Below are positions 48,268 through 57,854 of a stretch of 64,000 nucleotides of DNA, in pieces. The stretch covers positions 123,159 through 187,158 of the IMG/VR virus record IMGVR_UViG_3300014024_000069. The stretch is one strand, 5' to 3'. The number at the start of each line of letters is the position of its first letter. Within the stretch, counting starts at the first letter, position 1. The translations under genes were made by a program, and so were the position numbers. The notes below the pieces were generated by a model. That model searched no databases and had not been told where the DNA came from. It worked only from the letters and a program-made list of their open reading frames with translations. Origin of the DNA: a virus. Its lineage: Duplodnaviria; Heunggongvirae; Uroviricota; Caudoviricetes.

Positions 48268-49365
48268 CTAGTTGTTTTGAGCGATGATTTGATGCAGCAT
48301 TGCTTCTATTCGGCGCTGCCGCTCCCCACTCAGCCCAACCATGATGCTCAGCGATCCCAGCCCAGAGACAAAATGTGCCAGCGGGTTTGAGGCTTTTTCT
48401 GATTCGTCAAGGATTTTCAGCAACAGCGTGACACGTTCCCAGTCGGTTTCACTGATGGTGATTCTTGTGGTGTCACCCATCACTGTTTCGGTCAGTGAGT
48501 ACTGCACTCCACGCACAATGGTCCGCTCGTCGAAACCTTGCTCGCATAGGTTTCTGAGCGCAGCGACGGCTGTTTTCGTGTCCCCGCTCACCGAACTGCT
48601 CACTACCAAGTCAATATCTCTGTTGCTGGGGTACTCGTTCACCCCATGTAGAATGACGTTTTCCGCCATAGTCATCGCTGTGCGCAGAGAACCCATCGCG
48701 TAGCGCGCCACTGATTCTGCTACCTCACGGGGGTTGGTGATGGTGATGCTGTCATCATCGGCGTTCCAGCGTTCCAATACCTCAGTAACACATTCCGCCA
48801 ATTGGGGGGCGCTGAATGGTTTAATCGGGATGCGTGGTAGTCGGGAGATAATGGTTTCTGGGATGTGCTGCACATCGGTAGTACACAGAATGAACACTAC
48901 GTCCTCTGGTGGTTCCTCAATGGGTTTCAATAGGGCAATGAACGCATCTGGGGTGAGCCTGTGCGCCTCGTCGATGATGTACACCCGAACGCCTCGTGGC
49001 ACGCCGGTGTGCGCGTCTGTGATGATGTCGCGGATCTGGTCAATGCCGCGTTTGTCAGCGGCGTTGATTTCCTTCACCTCGGGGTGGTTGCCCATATGGA
49101 CAGCTAAGGCTTGCGGATCGTGTGGGTCGCGGGGGTCGCCGTTGTCGTCAAGTTCGCTTGCGGCATTAAGGGACGCGGCGATAATGCGCGCCAGGGTGGT
49201 TTTACCACACCCCATAGGGCCTTCGATAATGTAACCCTGCATACGCCGCCCCTCCCCCAATGCCCTACCAACACCAGCGGCGAAAGCTTGATGCTTCATG
49301 TCCTGAAACCGGCGCGGGCGGTACTTGTTCGGGAGGGAGAATTTCTGAACCTGTGTAGCTTTCAT
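48268..49365 (-). CDS. dnaX: DNA polymerase III gamma/tau clamp-loader ATPase
   Basis: KYRPRRF, GPMGCGKTT, EINAADKRGIDQIR, IIDEAHRLT, LLKPIEEPP, TIISR. Confidence 0.93.
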   Translation of the reverse strand: MKATQVQKFSLPNKYRPRRFQDMKHQAFAAGVGRALGEGRRMQGYIIEGPMGCGKTTLARIIAASLNAASELDDNGDPRDPHDPQALAVHMGNHPEVKEINAADKRGIDQIRDIITDAHTGVPRGVRVYIIDEAHRLTPDAFIALLKPIEEPPEDVVFILCTTDVQHIPETIISRLPRIPIKPFSAPQLAECVTEVLERWNADDDSITITNPREVAESVARYAMGSLRTAMTMAENVILHGVNEYPSNRDIDLVVSSSVSGDTKTAVAALRNLCEQGFDERTIVRGVQYSLTETVMGDTTRITISETDWERVTLLLKILDESEKASNPLAHFVSGLGSLSIMVGLSGERQRRIEAMLHQIIAQNN

Positions 49366-50183
49366 CAGAACTTAGGAATTTCCACAACATCATCAGCGCT
49401 GTCAAGGTTCACACCCTCACCCCACGGGCTGGGGGTGGCGTACAGCGATACCAGAACATCACCAGATTCCTCACTGTTCATCCCGCAAGATGCCTGGAAG
49501 GTGGTTCCTTTGTGCCCGCGATCATAAAGCTTGATGTCCATCTTGCAGATTTTCGCAACCCTCGACAAGATACCAAGCGTTTCGGAAGACCATACAGACA
49601 ACCCACCAGTGGGAAGCGCGTTGCCGTCATTTCCTTTTGGTGTGCCGCCGCCGTTAGCGAACAAACGTGCCATGCCTTCTGCGGGGATAGCGTCGGATAA
49701 GTCAACATCAACATGGACGGTCACACCGGCGCCGTCTAATCCGTCAGGCATGATGGACAACACACCCTTGTCCCCGTCGATGTCCAGTGTAAGGATCATG
49801 TTGTATTCCCGCCCGTCCATGTCGGTGCCGGTTTCTTTGTAGAACTTGTCCAGGCGTTTAACGGTTTGTGTTGCGATGCTGCCCAGCAGCTTCACTGCGG
49901 ATTGCGGCACCTGCACGGGGTCTGTGATGTTGCCGCCGTTGACCGGCACAGAGACCGCCGCCCCCACGGTATCGTTTTTACCCACAATGGTAATGAGTTC
50001 ACGTTGCCCTGGTTCACCTCCCCATTCACCAACGCTGGGGATAAGTAGCAGCTTTGTTTCTTTGTCCATGACGGCAAGCATGACCTGCAGTGTTTTTGAC
50101 ACCAGGCGTGCATCAATGTGGATTTTCACAGTGTTCTCTCTTTGGGGATAGTGGGGTGTATGAGTTTTTGCTGCGCGGGACAA
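49365..50183 (-). CDS. Second, shorter sliding-clamp-like protein
   Basis: KIHIDARLVSKTLQVMLAV...ITIVGKNDTVGAAVSVPV resembles beta-clamp domain I; coupled to dnaX. Confidence 0.45.
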   Translation of the reverse strand: MSRAAKTHTPHYPQRENTVKIHIDARLVSKTLQVMLAVMDKETKLLLIPSVGEWGGEPGQRELITIVGKNDTVGAAVSVPVNGGNITDPVQVPQSAVKLLGSIATQTVKRLDKFYKETGTDMDGREYNMILTLDIDGDKGVLSIMPDGLDGAGVTVHVDVDLSDAIPAEGMARLFANGGGTPKGNDGNALPTGGLSVWSSETLGILSRVAKICKMDIKLYDRGHKGTTFQASCGMNSEESGDVLVSLYATPSPWGEGVNLDSADDVVEIPKF

Positions 50184-50241
50184 TCCCGCAACAGTGGGTA
50201 ATGTGCGCGCTTATGTGTGCTGTTTACCCACTGAGAAACTG

Positions 50242-50259
50242 TAACACGTTGACGTGTTA
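50242..50259. promoter_or_regulatory. Palindromic operator-like site upstream of the clamp-like/dnaX genes
   Basis: TAACACGT-TG-ACGTGTTA perfect inverted repeat in intergenic DNA. Confidence 0.45.
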
Positions 50260-50303
50260 TGAAGCCATGAGTTTATCTTCCACGCAAGGTGCACCCATGA
50301 GAA

Positions 50304-50350
50304 AACACCCCGTCGTTTAAGCACTTGCTGCTTGAAACCGACGGGGTGTT
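50304..50350 (-). terminator. Intrinsic terminator ending the transfer operon
   Basis: AACACCCCGTCG...CGACGGGGTGTT with an inner AAGCA/TGCTT stem; T-tract on the minus strand. Confidence 0.65.
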
Positions 50351-50370
50351 GAGAGCACGGGGAAGTGAGG

Positions 50371-53193
50371 TTAGAACTTGCCGCCGTTCTTGCGGGCACG
50401 GTCACTGACCCTTTGTGCAGCGTACACAATGGCCTTTTCGATGCGCTCTGTTTTCAGGTCAGCGCCACCAGACGGTGAACGCCCACCACGGAGAAGGTCA
50501 TCACCAGTGATGCGCATGTCACTTGAAATTCCTTGCATGGTTTGGTTGAACGCTTCCTGCATGTCTGGCGGCCAGGTTTCTGGTCGGGAGGCATCAAAAA
50601 GCTCAGCCGTTGACTGAACGGCCTGCGCAGCGATCCTCGACTGCAGGTCAGCCATGTTGTTGATGGATTGCTGTGACAGCTCAACGACGTTAGCCTGCGA
50701 TTCCGCGTTCATGTTCGCCAGTGACTGTGAGGCAAGGAAATTACCAAACGATGTGACGAACTGCCCAGCATTGAAGGTGTCATCAGCGGCGTAGTCGTTG
50801 TAGTAGTTGGTGGTGCTGTTGTCGTAGTTGTTGACAACAGTTCCTCCCTGGTTCATTGCGTGAATGAACCCAGCGTCAGGGTTTTTCTGAACCATCATCA
50901 TGGACTCAGATAGGGTTGCCGCCGATAGGGTTTGCCGAATGGTGTCTGCTAGTTGCCCTTGCCCGGTTGAGATGGCATCGCGGATCTCTGAATCATCAAA
51001 ACCGTGGATGTGGTAGTGCTCCATTGCGCCACGCAGGTTCTGCACGTCAAGTTCCCCGCCGGTGTTGGTGGGGCTACCAGGGGTGCTTGCCAACACGGCT
51101 TCACGAACAGCGCTGGCAAGGTCATTATTGTCCACCAGGTTTTGGGTTGCCTGCTGCGGAATGAAACTTTCGACACGCTGCTGCGTGGTGGCATCCAGGG
51201 CACGCCCCGCGATTTCTGCGGTGGCGTGATCCCCGTTTTGTTGTGCCTCTTGCTGCATGTCATAGAACCTTTGCGCAACCAGCGGCGTGTCCACCACACC
51301 TTGCGAAACAACACCCTGGAAAGCGGAGTTAATGTTGCGGCGAATATCCTCGCTCACATCCATCTCATTCATCAGCATTGTGGTTTTACCCACGATACTG
51401 TCCGCGTCGTTGTACCCAACCCTACCCAGGACAGCTTCACGATCTGATGGGGACACGTTCGCCAGCGACATGGACAAAGCGTCATAGGAGATGCGTTCGT
51501 CGCCCCCCATAGAGTTGTGCAGTGCAGATGCCACGGCTTTTTGGTCATCAACGACAACGCCATGCTGAATCATGTCGTCTCTGATTTCCCCTGGTGTGAG
51601 CCTTAGTGAGCCGAAACTTTGACCATCCAAAATGGTGTCTAAGGCGATCTGTGCAGCGGCGTTGCCGTCGTCTGCCTCCACCTGCAGGGCTTTAAGGGTT
51701 GTGGACACATTGTCTTGCCCACCGAAACGCTCCATGATGTCGTTGACCGCGTTGGAGTCTCTGGCATCGCTGTTCATCATCTTTTGGGCGTTATTGTCGT
51801 ATTCCGTCCATGAGGTAGTAGGCAGGGTTTCATCCTCTGGTGTGGTCACGCCCAGCCCAGGATCCATAGCGGAAGCCATGAGCATTCCCTCGCGGGCATC
51901 ATCTAGGACGTTGCGCCCGTCAAGTCGGATTTTCTTATCACCAAGAGTAACTACCTGCTCGCCCAGCATTTTGTCGAAACTAGCGGCATCAACCTCACCG
52001 CCTGCTTCCTCCATCGCATCCAAAAGATCATCGGGAAGGAACGCGCCTGTAGCGCCACGCGCCACGGCATCAGCGACAATGTTTTGATCTGTCTGCTCAA
52101 ATGATGAGGAGAAACCGTCGTTCTCTGTGGGGATGGCGGACATATTGTAGGACATGCTGGCGGAACCAGTAGCCTCTGTTTTGCCGTCGGAACGCATGCC
52201 AGGGTAGGTTTCAACGAACCTGCGGTCACGTTCCGCCATTTTCTCCGCACTGTCGGCAAGCTGAGCATCGTCAATGTCACCGACGTAATCACGGTTGTCT
52301 TGGTTTTGCGATGCCGCCCATTCTTCCCGCATTTCCTGGTCGGTGCGTTTTTTCAGCGAATCGTAGACAGCCTCATTCCCTTTGAACATGCGGTGCCGCA
52401 TATCGTCTGAGGCCCGCATCTCGTTTTCCAGCTGCTCTTCATCCATGTTGCCGATTTCTTTTTGGCGGTTCATGAATGCCGCCATCGCCATAGATGATGC
52501 GAGTGCTTTAGATGCGTTGGGGAATGCTTTGGAGAACGCCGCCATCGCTGCCATTGAGGCGACTTTTTCTTTCAGCGTGCTTGTCTCTTTGGATTGGTAG
52601 CGGTCCTTGTCGAAAACTGAGGTTCCCTTACGTTTTTTCGCGGCTTCTTTGCGGCGCTTATCCAGAACACGGGGGTCAACTGGTTTTTTCTTCTCTTTTT
52701 GAGCAGTTGACTTTTTACCAGTGTTCTTTTCGTCGCGTTTTTTGAGCATTTCGCTGACTTCATCAACGTCAGATTTTTTGCGACCAATACGGCTGGCAGC
52801 CTCCAGGGCTTTGGAACCGAATTTCTTTCCTTTAAGCCCCCAGAATTTCGGTGACAAAGGATCTGACAATGGGTGACCAGCGAGGCTTTGAAGACCGGTG
52901 CTTTTCAGCGGGGAACCAACCAATGTGGCGAACATCTTGGACACCAAGGCAGGAACCGCCTTGGCCACCAACACCAAGCCCGCCAGGATAAGCATCAACG
53001 CCAGCAAGCGAACAGCAATGTAGGCAAGCCCAAAGCTACTACCCCATGTGTAAATGGCATCTGCGGGCACCACCCAACCAAACACGCTGAGAAGCGTGTA
53101 CACGGTCACCACAAGCGCGTAGATGATTGTGGTGGCAATGGACATGGTGATGATATATCCCGCCAAAACTCGAACTAGCTGTCTGATGTTCAC
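50371..53193 (-). CDS. Membrane-anchored transfer protein (VirB6/TrbL C-terminal-like) with a long soluble tail
   Basis: N-terminal TM helices then a long helical, acidic tail; T4SS context. Confidence 0.55.
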   Translation of the reverse strand: MNIRQLVRVLAGYIITMSIATTIIYALVVTVYTLLSVFGWVVPADAIYTWGSSFGLAYIAVRLLALMLILAGLVLVAKAVPALVSKMFATLVGSPLKSTGLQSLAGHPLSDPLSPKFWGLKGKKFGSKALEAASRIGRKKSDVDEVSEMLKKRDEKNTGKKSTAQKEKKKPVDPRVLDKRRKEAAKKRKGTSVFDKDRYQSKETSTLKEKVASMAAMAAFSKAFPNASKALASSMAMAAFMNRQKEIGNMDEEQLENEMRASDDMRHRMFKGNEAVYDSLKKRTDQEMREEWAASQNQDNRDYVGDIDDAQLADSAEKMAERDRRFVETYPGMRSDGKTEATGSASMSYNMSAIPTENDGFSSSFEQTDQNIVADAVARGATGAFLPDDLLDAMEEAGGEVDAASFDKMLGEQVVTLGDKKIRLDGRNVLDDAREGMLMASAMDPGLGVTTPEDETLPTTSWTEYDNNAQKMMNSDARDSNAVNDIMERFGGQDNVSTTLKALQVEADDGNAAAQIALDTILDGQSFGSLRLTPGEIRDDMIQHGVVVDDQKAVASALHNSMGGDERISYDALSMSLANVSPSDREAVLGRVGYNDADSIVGKTTMLMNEMDVSEDIRRNINSAFQGVVSQGVVDTPLVAQRFYDMQQEAQQNGDHATAEIAGRALDATTQQRVESFIPQQATQNLVDNNDLASAVREAVLASTPGSPTNTGGELDVQNLRGAMEHYHIHGFDDSEIRDAISTGQGQLADTIRQTLSAATLSESMMMVQKNPDAGFIHAMNQGGTVVNNYDNSTTNYYNDYAADDTFNAGQFVTSFGNFLASQSLANMNAESQANVVELSQQSINNMADLQSRIAAQAVQSTAELFDASRPETWPPDMQEAFNQTMQGISSDMRITGDDLLRGGRSPSGGADLKTERIEKAIVYAAQRVSDRARKNGGKF

Positions 53194-53261
53194 TGTCCAC
53201 TACCTGCCAATTGTTTACTGTTTTTTGCCTTGTTTATCCGATTCTTACCGTCATTCATCAT
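53190..53261 (-). CDS. 23-aa bridging mini-ORF
   Basis: AAAGGAG RBS; ATGA overlap with the upstream stop and GTGA overlap with the downstream start; MMNDGKNRINKAKNSKQLAGSGQ. Confidence 0.4.
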   Translation of the reverse strand: MMNDGKNRINKAKNSKQLAGSGQ

Positions 53262-56200
53262 GAGACTCCTTTAATGGCAAGCCTTGCCATGATGAGCAGC
53301 ATCATGATTGGAATGATAACAGCTAGAAGAATCGAAATGATGAACTTCACCAGGGCGGCGATGATACCCAAAACACCCACAATAACGAACAACAGGATCG
53401 CGCCGAACAGCACCAGAATAGCGATCAGAAGCGCTGTTTGCGGATCTTGACCTTGGATCGTGCGGTAGTAGATGCGGGCCGGGTTGTAGCCGTTGTTTTC
53501 GGAGAAGAAGAACTTAATATCTGGGTTAGTTTCTTCTTTACGCTTCTCATCTGGGGAATCGTTTTCACCTTGACCAGCTGGTTTGCCCATAGCAACCGCG
53601 ATGCCACCGGCTGGTGTTTTACTGAAAGCGTCAATGACGGTATCTTTCAGGATCTCGGTGAAGGATTCCGTTGTGACGGAATAACGCCACGCCAGGGCGG
53701 GGTAAATGTCAGCACCGAACCCGTGGTCAACGTTGCCTTCTTCATTCACCTCGTAGTTAGGCATGACTGGATTGAGTTCCTTGTCTGCCATTGCCTCGGA
53801 CCATCCGTCGCTTTGAGCTGGGATACCAATGCAGTGTGAGGCGTTGATTTTTGGTGTTGACCGGCGTGCCACGTTAATGTCGTTGTTGTTTTGCTCTAGG
53901 AATTTGTTCTTGTTCCCGACGAGGCTTTCAACGCCATCTTTGAGGAAATTCATTAGACCGCTGTTGCCGTTACCATAGCGTTCAACTGCGGCGTTGAGGC
54001 GTGATCCAAGCTGGTTAAAGAAGTCGAAAGCGCCTTTACTCTCACCCTCAATAACGCCCTTGTCAATCCAATATTCGTAGGACTTCTTGTTGCTGGAGTC
54101 GTGCTCTGCGGTGCCCATAGAGTCCACACCAACCCATTCAGGGTTAATGACTGGACGGTAGGACGCTGGACCCCATTCACATGCGGCGTTGTAGAAGCGT
54201 GATTCGATTTCGGAATCCGAGTCTGTTTCACCAATAAACCTGGAGATCGGGAAGCCTTTATCTTCTGGTTTAATCCATGTGCCATCACCGTTGACGTGGA
54301 TGCCTCGGCCTGTTGACCGTGCAGTGTCTGTGGCGAGATTATTGGCGATGGGGGAGCCTTTACCTGTGGCGATCTTATTGGGGTCATCGCCAACTAGGTT
54401 ACCGGCACCAATAAGCGGGGCGTAGAGTCCAGCGGCGCGAGCGATCATGGTCCAGTCGCCGGGGGCGGTACCGCTGCGACGTTCCATTTCCAGACACCAG
54501 GTGTTTCCGCCTGAGCGGGTGGACCCGCCAACAGCATAGCGGAATGGCTTGAAATGAACAGTGCCGATAAGCTGATCAAGCTGCATCATAAGCTGCCCAG
54601 CAACATTGGTTCCCTCAATTTTGCCTGAGAAAGCATCAGTGTTGACCAGAACATAGTGCATGCCGTCAACGAATCTATCACATGATGTTGGGATGGCGGA
54701 TGTGCCCTCTTTTTCCATGATTTTACGCGGAACGGAGAAAGCAATCGCTGTTCCAAGGTTCATGCCAGAGTCCACCAGCATATCTAGGTAGTAGTAGATG
54801 ATTGACACGAACCAGCCCGCAGAGAACATGTTCCACGATGACGGGTTGTCCACGTCCTGTTTCACTTGGACTTCTTCACCCTTGATTTGCTGTGTCATGA
54901 CCATCACGGCATTGTCAGATGAAATGGCGTTCTTCCGTGATTGAATTGCCATGAACGAGAAGAAAGCAATGGTTAGCGTGATTTTCGCAAACTGCGTTGC
55001 CAACCCACGCACCTTAGAACCTAATGTGCCCTCTGCGGATGGGTTAAGGATCCTCACGATACCTAAAACCAGTGTGATGATGAAAATCGCAGATACAAAG
55101 GTATTGAATGCCCTAGAGATTTCCTTATCGCCACCAGCGAAAGACAGCATGGATACCATTGCGTCCACCAGCTGCGCGACCGATGTAATCATGTCGCCGC
55201 CAGTGGCGAAAGCCACAATGAACATCAGTAGCGACAGGATCATTCCACTAATCTGGAACATCAGCGACGCGGTACCACCAACGATGGTGGCAGTGAGGTT
55301 CGGGCTAGCCCAGTTTGTGGGAGCAACGGGGATTTTCACACTAGAAGCCCACCTACCAGCTTGCGTGTATTGAGACACAGCCTGGATTGATGAGGATGTG
55401 GTCTTTGCCTTAAGCGCGTAGGCACGCGGCGATGTGCCCTGAGCGGCGTTTTTAGATGCGTCCTGGTTGAAGGCTTTACCGGCGTTGGAGTTGATGTTAG
55501 TGTCACCAATCCCACCATCCCCATCGGATCCGCTTCCCCCGCCATTTCCGCCGCCACCAGAACGACGGTTGCTACCAACTGCTGTAGCGGCGTTGCCAGC
55601 GTCACGGGCGAGCTGTTCTGCTTGTGAGCTTGCCTTGTTTTCTGGTTTTTGTGCTTGTGGAGCGTCCTCGAATTTCGTGTCCCCACATGCTTCACGCCAC
55701 GGGTTTAGAACCGCGTCGCGGCGCGCCTGCGGTGTGTCGGAGGCTGGGTAGGAGAACTCTAGTTTCGGACCCTGGGGGTTTGCGCCGCTGCGAATCCACG
55801 GGTGTTGAGAGAACTCTTGTGGCGCGACGGCACCACGCACGCGCTCTTTTGGTGTGCCGTCTGGGGCGTTGGACCCTGGCGGATCCGGTTCAGGTGCGAC
55901 ACCCGCCATGAGTGCGAAAGCGTGCACCACAGCTTGTGTTTCGTCGCGCTGCAGAAACTCTTCCCATGACTCACGGTCACCTAGCTCATAATTGGGGCCT
56001 TGTGGTGTGATGACTGGCCGCCAAATGCGTTGCTGGAAGTTTGCTGTTGGGAATGGCGGCACGATGACAACCCGTTTTGTTTCTGGGTTTTCTGCCGCTG
56101 CTTTGTAAAGCGCTTCGATTTTCGCGGCGATTTCCGATGGGTTTGTAGCCATTTTCCCGTCGGGTTTCTTCATCATTTCTTTGGACACGGAAATAATGAC

Positions 56201-56572
56201 GGTGCGTTTTTGGTCTGGTTTTAGGTTGTTTTTCCCGCCGCCACGAATAATACTGTCAAGGCCCGCGCGCCCATCCTGATTGAACACACCATAGGCATCG
56301 CTATTCCCGTAGTCGGTGTTGAGTCTAGATCCGAAATCCTTCACCAGGGGCGTGCCGTCACTATTGATGTGGAAATTGTTGACATCAGCGTCACCGTACA
56401 GGGTTGCCGAGTAGCACTGTGGGTTTTCCTGCTGCGCTACAGCTTGCCCAGTGGGGGAAATGACGCTTAATAGTGAGAAGGCTACTGTTGATGCCGCGCC
56501 CAGCATGACTGCTGGTAGTGCTTTTTTGAGCCGGTTCTGTTTTCTCCAGGGTTGTGGCGGTGTGAAATTCAT
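53258..56572 (-). CDS. Large polytopic membrane transfer protein (VirB6/TrbL-like)
   Basis: Signal peptide, extracellular domains, central and C-terminal TM clusters; T4SS context. Confidence 0.6.
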   Translation of the reverse strand: MNFTPPQPWRKQNRLKKALPAVMLGAASTVAFSLLSVISPTGQAVAQQENPQCYSATLYGDADVNNFHINSDGTPLVKDFGSRLNTDYGNSDAYGVFNQDGRAGLDSIIRGGGKNNLKPDQKRTVIISVSKEMMKKPDGKMATNPSEIAAKIEALYKAAAENPETKRVVIVPPFPTANFQQRIWRPVITPQGPNYELGDRESWEEFLQRDETQAVVHAFALMAGVAPEPDPPGSNAPDGTPKERVRGAVAPQEFSQHPWIRSGANPQGPKLEFSYPASDTPQARRDAVLNPWREACGDTKFEDAPQAQKPENKASSQAEQLARDAGNAATAVGSNRRSGGGGNGGGSGSDGDGGIGDTNINSNAGKAFNQDASKNAAQGTSPRAYALKAKTTSSSIQAVSQYTQAGRWASSVKIPVAPTNWASPNLTATIVGGTASLMFQISGMILSLLMFIVAFATGGDMITSVAQLVDAMVSMLSFAGGDKEISRAFNTFVSAIFIITLVLGIVRILNPSAEGTLGSKVRGLATQFAKITLTIAFFSFMAIQSRKNAISSDNAVMVMTQQIKGEEVQVKQDVDNPSSWNMFSAGWFVSIIYYYLDMLVDSGMNLGTAIAFSVPRKIMEKEGTSAIPTSCDRFVDGMHYVLVNTDAFSGKIEGTNVAGQLMMQLDQLIGTVHFKPFRYAVGGSTRSGGNTWCLEMERRSGTAPGDWTMIARAAGLYAPLIGAGNLVGDDPNKIATGKGSPIANNLATDTARSTGRGIHVNGDGTWIKPEDKGFPISRFIGETDSDSEIESRFYNAACEWGPASYRPVINPEWVGVDSMGTAEHDSSNKKSYEYWIDKGVIEGESKGAFDFFNQLGSRLNAAVERYGNGNSGLMNFLKDGVESLVGNKNKFLEQNNNDINVARRSTPKINASHCIGIPAQSDGWSEAMADKELNPVMPNYEVNEEGNVDHGFGADIYPALAWRYSVTTESFTEILKDTVIDAFSKTPAGGIAVAMGKPAGQGENDSPDEKRKEETNPDIKFFFSENNGYNPARIYYRTIQGQDPQTALLIAILVLFGAILLFVIVGVLGIIAALVKFIISILLAVIIPIMMLLIMARLAIKGVS

Positions 56573-56574
56573 AG

Positions 56575-57225
56575 TTAGTCTTTTCTTAGCCCATCGTCGT
56601 AAGGAATGTTGATTGTTGAGAACTCACCACGTGGGTAAAGCTCATATGGTGTTGTGAATACTTCACCGTGTTCCTCTTCATCCCAATCAGGGTCATAAGG
56701 GGGGATGTAGGACAATGGTTGTGTTCCAATGAAGTTTGATGCACGTAGTTTAATGCCGTCACCGTCAAGGGTTTTTGCGCGGGAGTAGACAAAGGTTTTT
56801 GCGGCGCGCCCTTTGCTGAAACCGCCACGGGAAACGTATTGTCTAAACAGAATGCCAACGTAGGTGAAAAGTGATTCACCAGTAGTTTTGCGCATTGGCG
56901 ACCATCGTGACAGCTGGTATCCCAGAAACCCAACTGCAGAGGAGTAGAGGATGATGGGGAATGCGCCGAAAAACAGCGAGTAGATCATTGAGTCTGGGTT
57001 TAACCCAATGGCGGCGCGGAATGACAACATGATAAGAGCATTGGTGAGTCCGATGCCTGCACCCCAGATTAGCCCCACCCATGATATGCGCAGGTGGACC
57101 ATAGACCTGGAAAACTTCATGGTGCCGTCGCCCATGTCGAAGAAGTTGTTGTTGATCGCCCATCCGTAACGGATGGCGGCGTTTTTCGCTTCTTCTACGG
57201 TGTGTTTTTTATTCTCTTCCGCCAT
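56575..57225 (-). CDS. Two-TM transfer protein (VirB3/PrgI/TcpE-like)
   Basis: Two hydrophobic helices followed by a soluble tail; T4SS context. Confidence 0.5.
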   Translation of the reverse strand: MAEENKKHTVEEAKNAAIRYGWAINNNFFDMGDGTMKFSRSMVHLRISWVGLIWGAGIGLTNALIMLSFRAAIGLNPDSMIYSLFFGAFPIILYSSAVGFLGYQLSRWSPMRKTTGESLFTYVGILFRQYVSRGGFSKGRAAKTFVYSRAKTLDGDGIKLRASNFIGTQPLSYIPPYDPDWDEEEHGEVFTTPYELYPRGEFSTINIPYDDGLRKD

Positions 57226-57281
57226 TTAAAACCCCTGTCGTGACGTGGTGTTTTCTTCTGCGAGTTTTGTCATATATATGG

Positions 57282-57337
57282 AAACCCCTAACGCTGCTGA
57301 TGTTTTCTACTGGGAATTGTAGCAGCATTAGGGGTTT
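57282..57337. terminator. Long inverted repeat after the pilin-like gene
   Basis: AAACCCCTAACGCTGCT ... AGCAGCATTAGGGGTTT. Confidence 0.55.
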
Positions 57338-57373
57338 TGTTACTCGCGCCCTTATTTGCGTCAGCGGGGCATC

Positions 57374-57757
57374 TTAGACCCCTGAAACACCTGTTGAGTT
57401 GGTGAACATTTGCAGAGCGGTGAAGCCGAAACGTCCAAGGGTGTTGAGCATCCAGTTGGCACCTTCAGGGTAGAACATCAGGCCAATTGCGATGGCGGAG
57501 ATAAGCACAACCCAGCCGCCGCCAAGTTTTTGCAGGAAGGTGCCGTTTCCGCCAGCGCCAGCGCCGCCTTTGTCGCCTGGTTTAACGAATTGTGTTACGC
57601 CGAAAACAACCCAACCAACCAGGAAGAAGCAGCCAAGAATTTTAAGGTTTTTCTTGGTTTCGTCGTCGAGGATGATGGTAATCGGTGTCCATTGTGATTT
57701 TGTGGCATCCAGAACGATGCCGCCGCGTTGTTGGGCTGAAATCATCAGATCTTGCAT
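57374..57757 (-). CDS. Small two-TM pilin-like (VirB2/TrbC-like) protein
   Basis: 127 aa; two hydrophobic helices separated by a Gly-rich loop; GGAGG RBS; flanked by hairpins. Confidence 0.5.
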   Translation of the reverse strand: MQDLMISAQQRGGIVLDATKSQWTPITIILDDETKKNLKILGCFFLVGWVVFGVTQFVKPGDKGGAGAGGNGTFLQKLGGGWVVLISAIAIGLMFYPEGANWMLNTLGRFGFTALQMFTNSTGVSGV

Positions 57758-57821
57758 TGTGTTTTTACCTCCAGGGCGCGTTAACCCTACATGTGTTGAT
57801 TTTGTCCTGTTTTATTGTATT

Positions 57822-57848
57822 TTTTTCACGGCGAAACACCGTGAAAAA
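57822..57848. terminator. Bidirectional terminator-like hairpin
   Basis: TTTTTCACGG-7 nt-CCGTGAAAAA. Confidence 0.5.
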
Positions 57849-57854
57849 TTTTCA

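Noticed and set aside
53214..53228. A-AAA-AAC slippery heptamer in the mini-ORF, suggesting a -1 frameshift into 50371-53193
   Set aside because: The -1 frame hits TAA two codons later and TAG before the GTG start.
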